A DNA stretch of 64,000 nucleotides, from NCBI RefSeq assembly GCF_963506605.1, contig NC_083276.1, forward strand, positions 116,994,001 through 117,058,000, written 5' to 3'. Within the stretch, counting starts at the first letter, position 1; each line of letters opens with the position of its first letter. The notes below the pieces were generated by a model. The model worked only from the letters and a program-made list of their open reading frames with translations. It had not been told where the DNA came from and did no database searches. A program made the position numbers and the translations under genes. Positions 63,181 through 64,000 of this stretch are shown in pieces. This DNA is from Zootoca vivipara. Its lineage: Eukaryota.

Positions 63181-64000
63181 ACAGTTGCATTCACACATCA
63201 CTCAGTCTAAGCCGTGCTTTGGCGCTATGCCGTGGCGTAGCGTGTGGGGCGGTTGCCCCGGGTGCAAAATTGTTAGGGGGCACAAAATTTCAACACCCAG
63301 TGCTGCCTCAATACAGCTGCACGCTTCTGTTGCTGGGATTTGTTGGAAATGGCTTTTCCATGTGAACCAGGAAGTGACCTCTCCAGACAACAGAACTGTG
63401 AGCATTTTCACCCCTCCCATTCTGAAAATCTGGTGATATCTGCTGTTGGGAGGGAACAGTTAGGAATTGTTACTTTGTTGTTTTTCATTCCTGACTCTGC
63501 TCTCTGCTGTGTGCTGTGTGCAGTTTAATATCTTCTGTAGACAAGATGGCTAAGTGAGAGGCTGTAACACTCACAAAGCCAGATCTGTAAATATGCAGTA
63601 GTTAATAGAAATAAATGAGGAATGTTTTGAAACCTCTACAAATGCTTCTGCTGTTTACTGCTGATTTGGTGCTCATAAAGCCCAGTTATGAGTCCATGAT
63701 TCCCGGGTGTATGCTGAAGGTGTTCCAGACGTCCTGCCCAGGCATAGGGGCCTAAGAAGACCTGGACAGATCCTGGCATTTACCCACATATGGTAGCAGG
63801 CGGATGGTTGCTGGTAGCAGACTGGTGGTTGCAGATGGCTATTGATGGTTGGATAATTGGATGTTTCTGATCCATTTCCATCTGATGCTGCACATCGGAG
63901 TTGAGCTGTGAGCTGAAGCTGTTTTTCAAGCTGCTGTTTGATTTACAGAAAGGTATGTTGCTGGCTGCCAGGAAGACAGCAGAGACGCTTTTCCAGTTTG

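Noticed and set aside
59029-64000. METAP1D exon 3
   Set aside because: I could not find the expected KPDY...PDWG-like segment; it probably lies beyond the window.

Overview
Vertebrate genomic DNA from a squamate, most likely a lacertid lizard, judging by the Podarcis-type Sauria SINEs. It is not prokaryotic. The window covers the METAP1D-DLX1-(DLX2) developmental locus. DLX1 is complete on the minus strand (CDS exons 14117-14429, 13054-13253, 11114-11368; 255 aa). The last seven coding exons of mitochondrial methionine aminopeptidase METAP1D also lie on the minus strand (59028 down to 22842); exon numbers follow my recollection of the human gene. DLX2 is expected just left of position 1 but is not visible. 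Part of the forebrain enhancer I12b is recognisable at ~5200-5450. The nine short N-runs fall at positions expected for the most conserved non-coding elements of the locus (I12b core, probably I12a, URE2, URE1 and the DLX1 3'UTR), which suggests masking rather than true gaps. METAP1D introns are dense in transposable elements: Sauria SINEs, hAT and Tc1/mariner MITEs, L1/L2/CR1 fragments, a solo LTR and an intact-ended Helitron with CpG-rich cargo. Other notable items are a partial duplicate of METAP1D exon 7 inside a MITE and a perfect 24-bp inverted repeat upstream of DLX1. I found no evidence of a new protein-coding system; nearly all other listed ORFs are spurious.
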